Assembly: GCA_965261825.1 (NCBI GenBank)
Contig: OZ253484.1
Location: forward strand, 289,347 to 353,346
DNA: 64,000 nt
Source: Dehalococcoidia bacterium
Lineage (GTDB): Bacteria > Chloroflexota > Dehalococcoidia > Lucifugimonadales > QGNO01
Direction: 5' to 3'
The position numbers and the translations under genes were made by a program. Of the stretch, positions 27,235-37,195 are shown in pieces. The notes under the pieces are model-generated. The model was given only the letters and a program-made list of their open reading frames with translations, had not been told where the DNA came from and made no database searches. The number at the start of each line of letters is the position of its first letter. Position 1 is the first letter of the stretch.

Positions 27235-28668
27235 CTAAGACACGAGAGGCCTTGCATCTGCCCAGGGGCGTGCCTCTTCAAACGCCGCCGACGCTCTCAG
27301 CACCACGTTCTCTGCTCCTTTGGTGCCCACTATCTGCATCCCTACGGGCAGTCCGTTGGCGGCAAACCCACAGGGCACGCTGGCCGCCGGGTTGCCGGAC
27401 ATGTTGAACGGGAAATTATGGCCGTACCATCCCGACATGGGGTCTACGGACTTTCCATCGATCACCGTGGGCCGCTCCGAGCCTGGAAAAGCGGTCACCG
27501 ATACCGCTGGAGTTACCAGCAAGTCCACCTCTTTGAAGAAAGCGTCCACGTAGGCCCGCAATCTCTCCAACTCCGCAAGTGCCGTGGCGTACTCCGCGCC
27601 TGTCACCTTGCCGCCTCTTTCTATTCCTTCCTTGATGTACGGCATCATCTGGTGTCCCCACTCCTCTAGCAGATGGCCGTTGGCCAGGTAGGATGTTGGC
27701 CCTCTTAAATTCAGCAGGGTGTTGTTCAGCGCCTCTATCTCTACGTGGAACCTGGCTTCCGTCACTTCCGCACCCAGCTCTTCCAGCACGTGAAAACCTT
27801 TCTCAGCTATGGAACGCACCTCGGCGTCTACCGCCACCGATCCCAGGTCCGGACTCCAGGCAATGCGAAGTCCGTTCAGCCCCTTCTCCAGGTCTGAGGT
27901 GAAATCTGGCGGCGCTTCCTGCATGGTGCCATGCTTGGCACGTGGATGCGGCCCGGAGACCACATTGAGGAAAAGCGCGGCATCCCTCACTGTTCGGGTC
28001 ATGGGGCCGTCCCTTGAGAAGTCGACCGGGCTCCAACTCATCAACCCTGTCTCCAGGCGCGGCACCCTGCCCTGCGTGGCCATGATGCCGTAGATTCCGC
28101 AGAAAGCGCTGGGAATGCGAATGGACCCCGCCCCATCCGAACCGTGTGCGATGGGGTTCAGGCCGGCGGCCACGGAAGCGCCGGCGCCCCCGCTGGATGC
28201 GCCGCTGGTCATCTGCGGGTTCCAGGGATTGTTGCAGTTGGGCCCCAGCCTATTCTCGGTGACGCCGCCGCCTTCACCAAACTCGGGAGTGTTGGTCTTG
28301 CCCAGGATGATTGCGCCAGCCAGCCGCAGCCTCTCCACGAAGATATCGTCTTCATCCGGCACCTGCTCCTCGTATATCAGCGATCCCCTAGTGGTGCGGA
28401 TGCCTCTTGTAGAAGCCAGGTCTTTTATGGAGACCGCCACTCCGTGCAGCGGACCAAGGTCGTCTCTCTGCGCCACGGCCTGCTCGGCCCGGCGCGCCGT
28501 CTCCATGGCCTGGTCAGAGGCCACGGTGAGAAACGCATTTAGCCTGGGGTTCAGTTCCTCTATGCGCCTTAGGTATAACTCGGTCAACTCAACCGGGGAT
28601 ATCTCCCTGCTTGCTATCATCTCCCGTTGCCTGTAACCGGGTGTAAACGCCAAATCCCTATCGTCCAT
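27235..28668 (-). CDS. Amidase (amidase-signature family)
   Basis: 477 aa. SIKDL...TTRGS and the Gly/Ser-rich signature SGASSGGAGASVAAGLNPIAHGSDGAGSIRIPSAFCG. Confidence 0.9.
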   Translation of the reverse strand: MDDRDLAFTPGYRQREMIASREISPVELTELYLRRIEELNPRLNAFLTVASDQAMETARRAEQAVAQRDDLGPLHGVAVSIKDLASTRGIRTTRGSLIYEEQVPDEDDIFVERLRLAGAIILGKTNTPEFGEGGGVTENRLGPNCNNPWNPQMTSGASSGGAGASVAAGLNPIAHGSDGAGSIRIPSAFCGIYGIMATQGRVPRLETGLMSWSPVDFSRDGPMTRTVRDAALFLNVVSGPHPRAKHGTMQEAPPDFTSDLEKGLNGLRIAWSPDLGSVAVDAEVRSIAEKGFHVLEELGAEVTEARFHVEIEALNNTLLNLRGPTSYLANGHLLEEWGHQMMPYIKEGIERGGKVTGAEYATALAELERLRAYVDAFFKEVDLLVTPAVSVTAFPGSERPTVIDGKSVDPMSGWYGHNFPFNMSGNPAASVPCGFAANGLPVGMQIVGTKGAENVVLRASAAFEEARPWADARPLVS

Positions 28669-28704
28669 GCGAGTCTCCTTCAGACGGCATTGCCATGATT
28701 AGAC

Positions 28705-30156
28705 CTACCCTGCCCGCCTTTCGTATGCTTTCAGCATATGCACGTGCGACAGCTCACATTCCACCAAGCCTCCAAACGTATCCGTGCCGTCTATCACCAT
28801 GAACTCGTTGGCCGCACCGGCATTGCCTCCGCCGCCGACGCCTACGCTGCGGATCATGGGCAGACCCAGGTCATTCTTGTACAGTGACCACGGCCCTCCT
28901 CCTCCGCTGTAGGGCGCCATCACCAGCGGCACCTCCATCTCCTCAAACGCCTCCATAATTGCCTGTACCAGGTCGGTGTCCGTGCCTGTTTGGGACGAAT
29001 CGTTGGCGGCCAGCACGTCCAGTTCCAGGTCGGCAAAGCCATGGGCGTCCAGGTGATCCCTGATCTGCTGTATCACCTTCGACACACTGAAGCCCCGCGG
29101 CACTCGAATGTCGAAACGTGCCGCGGCCACGTTGGGCAGGGTGAACGGCATGGTGCCCGGCCCGGTGAGGCCGGCGCGCAAGCTGTTTATGTTGAAGCTG
29201 GGCCCGTAGAAGTAGTTGAGGATGACTTGCTCGTCATCCAAGTCTCCCGCCGGCACTTTGATCGCCGCCACTCCTGGCAGCACCTGGTTCCAGGCGCCGT
29301 TGCCCATCGCTTCACGAAAGGCAAGCGCGGTGTTCTTCTCATCCTCACTGGGCGGCCTCAGATCATCGTAGAAACCGGGGATAGATACCGTGTTCCCGTT
29401 GTTCTCTGTAAGGGTAGCCAGTGCTTCCACCAGCCGCCACGCCGGGCTGTCCACCACCGACTTTGTCATGCCGTGTCCCGGCGCTGCCTGCGGCCCCCTG
29501 CCCCATTTCTCGCCGCTTGATATGAGGTCTGCGTAGATTAGCCCCTTGTAGCCGAGGCTCATGCTGACGCGACCCAGCGCATCCTGTGACGCCCCAGGGC
29601 TGAAGCTGGCCTGTGCTGTAGCAAGACGGTCGCGGTATTCCTGGTACATTTCGGGGAAAGACGCGCTGCCCAGTATCTCGTCTCCCTCCAAGAGGAACAT
29701 GAAATTGAAGGGGAGCTCCCCCTCTACTGCCTTGATCGCTTCCAGGGCGTTCAACCAGGCGATGTAGGGGCCCTTATAGGAGGCGGCTCCCCGTCCCATG
29801 AGCACCTTGGAATACGATCCCGCCGACGTTATTGTGCCGCTCCAGGGCGGATGTTCCCATTTCTCATGGGGCAACACCGGCCTGGTATCAAAGTTGGCGT
29901 ACACAATGATGGTCTTGGATGCTCCAGCGTTGTAATAAGCCCACAGTCCGGGAAGGTGCGAGGTTTCGACAAGTGTGGCTTCCTCACAGCCTATCTCTTT
30001 GTGGATCTCTACCAGCAGCTCCGCACACTCCTTAACCCCGTGTTCCTCCACCGATACGCTTGGCTGCGCTACAAGTCTCTGTATGCGCTGAATGTGGCGC
30101 TCCTTATTCTCCTCAAGGTAGGTGCGTATATTTTCCAGGCCAACTCCAATCCGCAT
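28705..30156 (-). CDS. M20-family metallopeptidase/deacylase
   Basis: 483 aa. VYANFDTRP, FLLEGDEILGS and the overall M20 dimerisation-domain layout. Confidence 0.82.
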   Translation of the reverse strand: MRIGVGLENIRTYLEENKERHIQRIQRLVAQPSVSVEEHGVKECAELLVEIHKEIGCEEATLVETSHLPGLWAYYNAGASKTIIVYANFDTRPVLPHEKWEHPPWSGTITSAGSYSKVLMGRGAASYKGPYIAWLNALEAIKAVEGELPFNFMFLLEGDEILGSASFPEMYQEYRDRLATAQASFSPGASQDALGRVSMSLGYKGLIYADLISSGEKWGRGPQAAPGHGMTKSVVDSPAWRLVEALATLTENNGNTVSIPGFYDDLRPPSEDEKNTALAFREAMGNGAWNQVLPGVAAIKVPAGDLDDEQVILNYFYGPSFNINSLRAGLTGPGTMPFTLPNVAAARFDIRVPRGFSVSKVIQQIRDHLDAHGFADLELDVLAANDSSQTGTDTDLVQAIMEAFEEMEVPLVMAPYSGGGGPWSLYKNDLGLPMIRSVGVGGGGNAGAANEFMVIDGTDTFGGLVECELSHVHMLKAYERRAG

Positions 30157-30324
30157 GTGATTCCTCCCTATTAATTGCTTAATTGCTAGCGCCTGCGATT
30201 CTATGAGGGGTGAGGCATGGAGTCAAACTCGGAAGCAATTCAGGCGGTGGGCGGTGCCATATCCGTCCTATCGTTTTGTGATAGCCTGCCGTGTGACGGC
30301 TACAGCTGATCAACGGAGAAAGCA

Positions 30325-31206
30325 ATGGGCGCTATTGAAGACATCATCCTCAACCAGGGCAAGTGGACGGGCATCTCCGGCGTCCGGCTCCAGATGTCCA
30401 ATACGTTTGTCGAAGACGCCGCCAGGTTCATGATTCTGGACCACCCAGGCCATGCCTTCATCCTCACCGGCTTTTTTATTCCCAATCCCTACCAGTTCCC
30501 ACCGCCGGATACCGGCTCCGTAGAGAGTGACGGCCCCCCCGGCGCCTATTTTCTGGGCAGAGCGCTGACCAATCTGGGCTGGAAGGTAACCTACGTTGTT
30601 GATCACTATGCTGCCTTCACCCTTGAAGGCCAGCCTACCGTGGAAGAGGTCGTCGAGTTTCCCATCGCCGATGACAGCACCAGCGAACAGTTTGCTATAG
30701 ACTTGTTGGAACGGCACAAGCCCTCCGTGCTCGTTGCGGTGGAGCGACCCGGCGTGAGCGCTGAAGGCAAGTACCAGTTCGTGGGCGGCGCCGACGTCAC
30801 CGAGCGCACCGCCAAGCTCGATTATCTATTCCACCATCACACTGCTACCATAGGTATCGGCGACTGGGGCAACGAGATTGGGCTGGCCAACCTTGCTCAG
30901 TACACCGGCCCGCACCTGCCCAGCAAAGCGCCCACTATCACACGGTCCACACATCCTATCATTGCCGCTGTGTCCAACTGGGGCGCATACGGCCTCGTTG
31001 CTGCCATCTCCAAGGTGGCGCGGCGCAACCTCCTTCCCCACCCCGATATGGAGTTCGACCACATCCAGCGCCTTATCGATGCCGGCATGGTTGACGGACG
31101 GGGCCGCCGCGAATGGATCGTGGATGGTTTCGGGCCGGAGGAGAGCCGCCGCGTCCTGGAGGACCTCTGGGACTACCTCTATTCCCTGGGAATCAACAAG
31201 TTCTAG
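30325..31206 (+). CDS. DUF4392 (D-glutamate cyclase-like) domain protein
   Basis: 293 aa. ILTGFFIP...VESDGPPGAYFLGRAL...VAVERPG... resembles the (E)TDGPPGA / ERPG motifs I associate with DUF4392. Confidence 0.55.
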   Translation: MGAIEDIILNQGKWTGISGVRLQMSNTFVEDAARFMILDHPGHAFILTGFFIPNPYQFPPPDTGSVESDGPPGAYFLGRALTNLGWKVTYVVDHYAAFTLEGQPTVEEVVEFPIADDSTSEQFAIDLLERHKPSVLVAVERPGVSAEGKYQFVGGADVTERTAKLDYLFHHHTATIGIGDWGNEIGLANLAQYTGPHLPSKAPTITRSTHPIIAAVSNWGAYGLVAAISKVARRNLLPHPDMEFDHIQRLIDAGMVDGRGRREWIVDGFGPEESRRVLEDLWDYLYSLGINKF

Positions 31207-31269
31207 TATGTGGCCGCAACCGTCTCCGGCTCAACCCGTGCTAGAATGTAGCGCGTCGGCTTCAGAGCT

Positions 31270-31968
31270 ATGGAACGCAAACGGATAAGACTACTCCACA
31301 CATCGGACGTCCATATAGGCAGCGACCTTTATCCCAGGGAGGCCCAGCAAGGGTTTGAAAACGTTCTCGACACGGGGCGTCACCTCTCTGTGGATGCTCT
31401 TTTGATAGCCGGAGACCTCTTCGATAGCGCAACTGTGCCCGAGGACTCGGTGCATTACGTGTTCGAGTCGCTGGCCGGTTTGCACCGTCCCGTAATCGTT
31501 CTCCCCGGCAACCACGACACTCTCTTAACCTCCGACTCATTCCTCCTCCACGAATCGCGGGAGAACGTTTACATCCTCAGGGATCCCGTCGGCGAAATGG
31601 TCCACTTGAGTGATTTGACGCTGTCTGTCTGGGGTTGCCCGGTCTACAACCACGTTCCGGAGTTCCACCCGCTGGGCGATATCCAGCCCAGGCCGGACGG
31701 AGGATGGTACGTGGCCATAGGCCATGGCATCGTGCTAGATTCAGTCAGTTTCATCGACAGAGGCTCCCCCATTACTCACGAGGAGCTGGCCAACGCGGAC
31801 TGCGATTACATAGCGCTGGGCCACACCCATGTTTTTCGGGACGTGACAAAAGGAGTGGCATCCGCCTTCTACAGTGGAGCGCCTTCCGGGGGCCACGAGC
31901 GTACCGCCGCCCTGGTTACGCTTGACCCTGACTTGGGCGTTAGCGTGGAACGGATACACGTATCCTAG
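31270..31968 (+). CDS. Metallophosphoesterase (Mre11/SbcD-like calcineurin fold)
   Basis: 232 aa. LHTSDVHIG, IAGDLFD, LPGNHD, GHGIV, LGHTH. Confidence 0.8.
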   Translation: MERKRIRLLHTSDVHIGSDLYPREAQQGFENVLDTGRHLSVDALLIAGDLFDSATVPEDSVHYVFESLAGLHRPVIVLPGNHDTLLTSDSFLLHESRENVYILRDPVGEMVHLSDLTLSVWGCPVYNHVPEFHPLGDIQPRPDGGWYVAIGHGIVLDSVSFIDRGSPITHEELANADCDYIALGHTHVFRDVTKGVASAFYSGAPSGGHERTAALVTLDPDLGVSVERIHVS

Positions 31969-32721
31969 CTACGGCCAGGTTTGCCGGAACTCATCGCGGT
32001 GAACCACCTGGCCGGTGAAGCCCGAAGCATCCTGTTGGGCCAGCCAGAGAGCGGCAGGCACGACTTCTTCCGCCGGAGAAGGCATTCTGCCCCAGAGATC
32101 AAACGAGGGATCCCAGTTGCGCGTCATCTCAGACTCGACGAGGCCGGGGCCCAGGCCGTTGACTGCTATGTTGTACGGCTTCAGATCCACAGCCAGATTG
32201 CGTGTGAGCCGGTCTAGCGCCGCCTTGGATGCGCCGTAGACCGGCGTATTCTCTTGATCCCATATGGCCGCCCTGGAAGATATATTGATGATACTTCCGG
32301 CACGTCTTTCCATCATGCCTGGCACAACGTGTTTGCATAGCAGAAATGGGCCAACTATATTTACTTTGAGAACGTTTTCAAATTGAGCCGTATCAAGCTC
32401 CGTTACGGCCCCGGTAACTTCTATGCCTGCGTTGTTGATCAGCACGTCTATGGGGCCTGCTTCCGCCACGGTAGAATCCACCAGGGCCTTGACCTGTTCT
32501 TCACTGGTAACGTCGCAGGGGAAATGCAGCGCCTTGCCTCCCGAATCCCTGATCTGCTTCACTGTCTCTTCCAGGGATCCCGGGGCTGTGCCGGAGCCGG
32601 GTTGGGTTGTCCTGGCGGATGCAACCACGGTGGCCCCGGCACTGGCGAAGCCCACGGCCAGGGCTTTGCCTATCCCTCTGCTGGCGCCCGTTATGAGTAC
32701 AACTCTGCCTTCCATAGCCAT
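31969..32721 (-). CDS. SDR-family oxidoreductase
   Basis: 250 aa. ITGASRGIGKA, NNAG and YGASKAAL motifs. Confidence 0.9.
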   Translation of the reverse strand: MAMEGRVVLITGASRGIGKALAVGFASAGATVVASARTTQPGSGTAPGSLEETVKQIRDSGGKALHFPCDVTSEEQVKALVDSTVAEAGPIDVLINNAGIEVTGAVTELDTAQFENVLKVNIVGPFLLCKHVVPGMMERRAGSIINISSRAAIWDQENTPVYGASKAALDRLTRNLAVDLKPYNIAVNGLGPGLVESEMTRNWDPSFDLWGRMPSPAEEVVPAALWLAQQDASGFTGQVVHRDEFRQTWP

Positions 32722-32724
32722 CTC

Positions 32725-33807
32725 CTAATCGAATGCCTTGATCTGACTTACCGTCTCCGCATCTAGCCTCTGTACTACCGCCGTCACCAGATCCACTGCC
32801 TGATCGAAATCATAGCGGCTGATTAGGCCGTTGTGGCTGTGCAGGTATCGCGTGGGGACGGCTATGTTGATGCTGGGAGCACCCCCTCTAGTGCGTTGCA
32901 TTTCAGCGCCGTCTTCCCCGTAGCCGCTGATAACAGTGAACTGCAACGGGATGCTCTTCTCAGCCGCCACGTCTATGACCAGGTCACGCAGCTTTAGATT
33001 GGGCAGCATGGAGTTGTCGTGTAGGAAGACCGACGGCCCCTTGCCCAGCTTCTCCTGTGCTTCGTCCTGTGTAATGCCTGGGTAATCTCCCGCCACGCCG
33101 GACTCCAGGCTGATCCCAATATCCGGCTCTATGATGTAGCTGCTGGTATGTGCGCCGCGCAGGCCTATCTCTTCTTGAACCGTGGCAACACCGTATACGG
33201 TGTTGGGTGCAGGCTCGCTCTTCAGGTGGCGCATCACTTCTATCATCAACGCTACGCCAATACGATCGTCCCATGCTTTGGCTAGGTATAGTTGTCCGCC
33301 GTTCAGAGCAGCAAATTTGCTGTCAGGCGCAACAGGGTCTCCGGGGCGAATGCCCAACCGCTCCTCCGCGTCCTCTTTGCTGGAGGCGCCCACGTCTATG
33401 AACATCTCATCCCGTTTGAAGACCCGGCTGCGTGCCTCCGGTGTCATGACGTGTACGGTCTTTATGCCGGTTACGCCGGGCACGGGGCCTTTTCTGGTCA
33501 GCACCATCCACCGCTGGTTTATCAGAGACTGGTCAAGCCACCCACCGATGGTCTGGAACTTGACGTAGCCTTCGGAGGTGATGAATTTGACCATCAGCCC
33601 AAGCTCGTCCATGTGCCCGGCCAGCATGACCTTTGGTGTATCGCTGGAGCCCTTCAATCGAGAGATCAGCGATCCCAAGCCGTCTGTTTCCAGGTCATTG
33701 CAGATGGGCCCCAACTCCCTCTGTACAATGCTCCTCACCGGGCCTTCGAACCCTGAGGGGCCGTATGCATTGGTTAACTCTTCTAGAAGGTCCTTTATCG
33801 TGTCCAT
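32725..33807 (-). CDS. M42-family aminopeptidase (FrvX/glutamyl aminopeptidase-like)
   Basis: ATG 33807 gives MDTIKDLLEELTNAYGPSGFEG..., then LAGHMDELGLMV, WDDRIGV, TVQEEIGLRGA. The upstream 48 codons of the track ORF overlap folE and look non-coding. Confidence 0.88.
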   Translation of the reverse strand: MDTIKDLLEELTNAYGPSGFEGPVRSIVQRELGPICNDLETDGLGSLISRLKGSSDTPKVMLAGHMDELGLMVKFITSEGYVKFQTIGGWLDQSLINQRWMVLTRKGPVPGVTGIKTVHVMTPEARSRVFKRDEMFIDVGASSKEDAEERLGIRPGDPVAPDSKFAALNGGQLYLAKAWDDRIGVALMIEVMRHLKSEPAPNTVYGVATVQEEIGLRGAHTSSYIIEPDIGISLESGVAGDYPGITQDEAQEKLGKGPSVFLHDNSMLPNLKLRDLVIDVAAEKSIPLQFTVISGYGEDGAEMQRTRGGAPSINIAVPTRYLHSHNGLISRYDFDQAVDLVTAVVQRLDAETVSQIKAFD

Positions 33808-33809
33808 GC

Positions 33810-34445
33810 TCACATCTCCCTGGTATCCATGCGCAGACGAAGGTAGTTCTGGAACTTGTCCTCCAGCGATGGATTGCTCAAGAAAGTCCCGCGGCGGGCG
33901 GTGGTCAAGGCCACACTGGAACGCTGTTCCACGCCGCGTTGAATCATACAATAGTGAATTGCTTGTGCAACTACAATGACGCCCAGCGGGTTTAGATGCT
34001 GATCGATGGCATTAGCCACTTGCTGGGTCATTCTTTCTTGCACCTGCAATCGTCTGGCAAAAACCTCCACTACCCGTGAGAGCTTGGACAACCCCGTGAC
34101 GATCTTGCTTTCCGGATCAGGTATATACCCGATGTGCACCATCCCTCTGAACGGCGCTATGTGGTGTTCGCAGGTGGAGTTGAACGCTATGTTGTCCACT
34201 ATGATCATGTCGTCAGAGCCGGCCGGATAGCTGTCCTCATCTAGCTGAAAGATAACCTGCAAGTGCTCTTCCGGGTCCTGCGACGAACCCTGGGTATAGG
34301 TGAGCAGAGAGCGCGCCCACCGCTCCGGGGTCTGATGCAGTCCCTCTCTTTGGGGGTCTTCTCCCAAAAGCTCAAGTACCTCCCTGAGGAGGAGTTTGAG
34401 CTTTTCTAGCTGTTCCGTTCTTATCAAAGTCCCGTCCACATTCAC
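33810..34445 (-). CDS. folE: GTP cyclohydrolase I
   Basis: 211 aa. FNSTCEHHIAPFRGMVHIGYIP, QERMTQQ, HYCMIQRG. Confidence 0.92.
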   Translation of the reverse strand: MNVDGTLIRTEQLEKLKLLLREVLELLGEDPQREGLHQTPERWARSLLTYTQGSSQDPEEHLQVIFQLDEDSYPAGSDDMIIVDNIAFNSTCEHHIAPFRGMVHIGYIPDPESKIVTGLSKLSRVVEVFARRLQVQERMTQQVANAIDQHLNPLGVIVVAQAIHYCMIQRGVEQRSSVALTTARRGTFLSNPSLEDKFQNYLRLRMDTREM

Positions 34446-34454
34446 CTCCGGTGC

Positions 34455-35105
34455 CTAGTTCCCTGCGTATTTAGTGCTGTCCTCTATTTCAGCGTGTTTG
34501 AAGGCGGTGCGTCGCTCGTTGCACTTGTTGCAGACGCCGCAGTGAAGCCTGTCTCTGGGCGAAATGCAGGTCAGGGTCAAGTGCAAAGGTAAGTGCTTGA
34601 AGTCGCGAATCAAGTCATGCTTTTGCGCTCCCCTGTATGGCGCGGTCACGCTGATACTGCGCCCCAATGCGACCGAAAGCACTCCGGCAAGATTGCTGAA
34701 GAACTCCGGCGTGGCGTCTGGGAAAGGATTGCCGCCCAGCGAACCCAATGCAATCTGCGGTACATCGTGAGTGCTGCACCATATGGCGGCAAGCGATACA
34801 AGGAGAACGTTCCTACCGGGCAGGAACACGGCGTCGTCCGCTGTGTCTGCGCCGGGAGTCCCTTCACCGGTCAAGCTCCAGTGGTCTCCATACAATCCCT
34901 CAACCGGCACGCAAAGCTCCGTTACTCCGTGTACGTTGGAGCTGTGCAAGGCCTCTATGAAAGCGTTCAAGTAGCGTAGCTCTTCTTCCTCCCAGAACAG
35001 GCCTTTCCTAACGTAGATGGGGAAGACCTCCGCATTCCCGGCTAGGTCCGCCAGTAGGATGGAGCTGTCCAACCCGCCGCTTGCTAGCACGGCTATTCTT
35101 TCCAC
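34455..35105 (-). CDS. queC: 7-cyano-7-deazaguanine synthase
   Basis: IAVLASGGLDSS PP-loop and the C-terminal Zn cluster CISPR...HCGVCNKCNERR. GTG 35105 with GGAG 5 nt upstream is preferred. The track start at 35150 would overlap queD by 58 nt. Confidence 0.92.
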   Translation of the reverse strand: MERIAVLASGGLDSSILLADLAGNAEVFPIYVRKGLFWEEEELRYLNAFIEALHSSNVHGVTELCVPVEGLYGDHWSLTGEGTPGADTADDAVFLPGRNVLLVSLAAIWCSTHDVPQIALGSLGGNPFPDATPEFFSNLAGVLSVALGRSISVTAPYRGAQKHDLIRDFKHLPLHLTLTCISPRDRLHCGVCNKCNERRTAFKHAEIEDSTKYAGN

Positions 35106-35515
35106 TCGTACTCCTCGCGGTAGCTGGCGTAGCTTGAGGGTGTTTCCCACAACCGCATCTCTGAGACCATGAGGCCCTCTTTTCGCATCTGTCGATAAAT
35201 GTGCTTCAAGATGTTCTCCGCGGTGGGGTTGTCATCCATTGGATAAAACGGTTCACCCATTTCAGATAGAAGGTCGGCCACGGGGTCATCTTTGTGGAGC
35301 AGCATCTTGTGGTCAAGGTTCCTATCTACCCAATCTTTCACCACTCCGCGCAGGTCATTAAAATCCATGACCATACCTCTGTGGTCCAGGGAGTCCGACT
35401 CTATCGCTACTTCCAGCAAGCCGTTGTGCCCATGGAGATGACGGCACTTGCCCTCGTAATCCAGCAACCGGTGTCCGTAGCAAAAATCAATCGTCTTTAC
35501 TACCTTGTGGAGCAC
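35093..35515 (-). CDS. queD: 6-carboxy-5,6,7,8-tetrahydropterin synthase
   Basis: 140 aa. FCYGHRLLDYEGKCRHLHGHN is the typical QueD/PTPS motif. Confidence 0.92.
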   Translation of the reverse strand: MLHKVVKTIDFCYGHRLLDYEGKCRHLHGHNGLLEVAIESDSLDHRGMVMDFNDLRGVVKDWVDRNLDHKMLLHKDDPVADLLSEMGEPFYPMDDNPTAENILKHIYRQMRKEGLMVSEMRLWETPSSYASYREEYEWKE

Positions 35516-35524
35516 AGCTTCCTC

Positions 35525-36289
35525 CTATACTTCGACGCCGGGGCCGGCCAGATGCCTACCCGCATCGACGCGGATAGTCTCGCCGGTTATAGTCTCGCTC
35601 TTGAGAAGTGTGACTATCGTCTCGGCGATCTCGTCCGCCGCCGATTCCCTCTTCAGGGGTGTGCTGGCAATAACGTCCTTGGCCCATTCTTCTTCAGAGA
35701 TGTCGGGCGGCCTCATTGTGGGCCCTGGGGCAATGCTGTTGACCAAGATGCCATGCCCGGCAAGTTCAGCCGCAAATACCCTCGTCATGAAGCCAATGGA
35801 CGCCTTGGCCGTCAGATAAGGAAGATAGTTCATATATGGTGTCTCCCCTGCTGCCCAGTCGCTGAACATCAGTATGTGACCTTTGGTAACGCCGGTATTG
35901 TTCATCATATGGCGAGCCCCGTATACGGCCAGCAGATATGCGCCTTTTGCGCTGGCCATGGCCTCATCCCAAGTCTCTCCATTCAGGGCGTCGAAGGATG
36001 CCATTGGATAATCGGAGGCTAGGTTGATCACAAACCATAGGCCTCCCAGCTCCGCCGCCGCCTGGCTAGTCATGCGCCGCACGTCCGCTTCCAGATTGAT
36101 GTCCCCCTGGATCAAGAGAGCGTTCTCCACCTGAGACGCCACCTCGTTCTGCAAGCGCTGAGCTTCAGCCATAGACCTTCGATAGGCGATGGCCAGGTTG
36201 ATGCCTTCCTGTGCCAGCCGCCTTGTTACCACGGCTCCTATACGCTTAGTCCCTATGATTAGGGCTGATTTTCCCTTCAAAGGAAGCAT
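35525..36289 (-). CDS. SDR-family oxidoreductase
   Basis: 254 aa. GKSALIIGTKRIGAVV (variant Rossmann motif), YLTAKAS (YxxxK). Confidence 0.82.
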   Translation of the reverse strand: MLPLKGKSALIIGTKRIGAVVTRRLAQEGINLAIAYRRSMAEAQRLQNEVASQVENALLIQGDINLEADVRRMTSQAAAELGGLWFVINLASDYPMASFDALNGETWDEAMASAKGAYLLAVYGARHMMNNTGVTKGHILMFSDWAAGETPYMNYLPYLTAKASIGFMTRVFAAELAGHGILVNSIAPGPTMRPPDISEEEWAKDVIASTPLKRESAADEIAETIVTLLKSETITGETIRVDAGRHLAGPGVEV

Positions 36290-36418
36290 TCGGTATCTAC
36301 CCGGGTCTCGTTATGATTTCGCCAGTAACAGCAGGAGCCATTGTACTACAGCACGGCAGGTAATGAGATGCTTTACTGCACTGTTAAGATTGTTGGCAAC
36401 ACGAACTTAGAGAGTGGT

Positions 36419-37186
36419 ATGAACGACTCCAATACTCCTTGGTACGTTGACTTTTTTGGCAGTGACTACCAGGAAGCCTACGGCGACACCTTCACCAGGG
36501 AACGCACCGAAAAAGAGGTGCTATTTGTGGAGCGGACGCTTGGTCTCTCCTCAAATAGCCGTCTCCTAGACCTATGCTGCGGGCAGGGCAGGCATAGCGT
36601 TCTCTTGGCTAGCCATGGACTGAAGGTTACCGGCCAGGATCTCAGCCAAGAATACCTGGAGCAGGCCGGACAGAATGCAAAGGAACAGGGCGTTCATCTT
36701 GACCTGCTGTGCAAAGACATGCGTGACATCCCGTTCAAAGATCACTTTGACGCGGTGATCAACATGTTCAGCGCCTTCGGTTACTTGGAATCGGACAAGG
36801 AGAACCTGAAAGTGCTGAAGGCCGTCAGGGAGGCGCTTAAACCCGGCGGCCGTGTTCTCCTTGATATGATCAACCGTGAGTGGGTGGTCAGCAATTACGA
36901 CCAATCAGACTGGCGACAAGGCGAGGATGGCAGCCTTTACCTAGAGCACCGGGAGCTTGACCTTGTCACCAGCCGGAACCACGTTACCTTTACAATCATC
37001 AAGCCTGACGGCAGCCGCAGAGAGACGGTGGGCCACCACATACGCCTGTACACCTTAACCGAGACGCTAGATCTGCTCTGCAAGGCGGGACTTGCCTTTG
37101 TGGAGGTTTACGGCGGCTTCGATGGGGAAGCCTATTCAATCGACACCCGCCGCATGATTGTGGTGGCTGAAAAGCGGCCGGTGTAA
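36419..37186 (+). CDS. Class I SAM-dependent methyltransferase
   Basis: LLDLCCGQGRHSVLLASHGLKVTGQDLS (motif I and post-I), FDAVINMFSAFGY, LKPGGRVLLD. Confidence 0.85.
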   Translation: MNDSNTPWYVDFFGSDYQEAYGDTFTRERTEKEVLFVERTLGLSSNSRLLDLCCGQGRHSVLLASHGLKVTGQDLSQEYLEQAGQNAKEQGVHLDLLCKDMRDIPFKDHFDAVINMFSAFGYLESDKENLKVLKAVREALKPGGRVLLDMINREWVVSNYDQSDWRQGEDGSLYLEHRELDLVTSRNHVTFTIIKPDGSRRETVGHHIRLYTLTETLDLLCKAGLAFVEVYGGFDGEAYSIDTRRMIVVAEKRPV

Positions 37187-37195
37187 CACTAACGA

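Noticed and set aside
33810-35515. folE-queC-queD as part of a Dpd-type 7-deazaguanine DNA-modification or defence system
   Set aside because: No TGT/DpdA-like, DpdB, helicase or nuclease genes are adjacent. The neighbours are ordinary metabolic enzymes.
35294-36022. 242-aa plus-strand ORF
   Set aside because: It is antisense to queD and to the SDR gene at 35525-36289, and it has no motifs.
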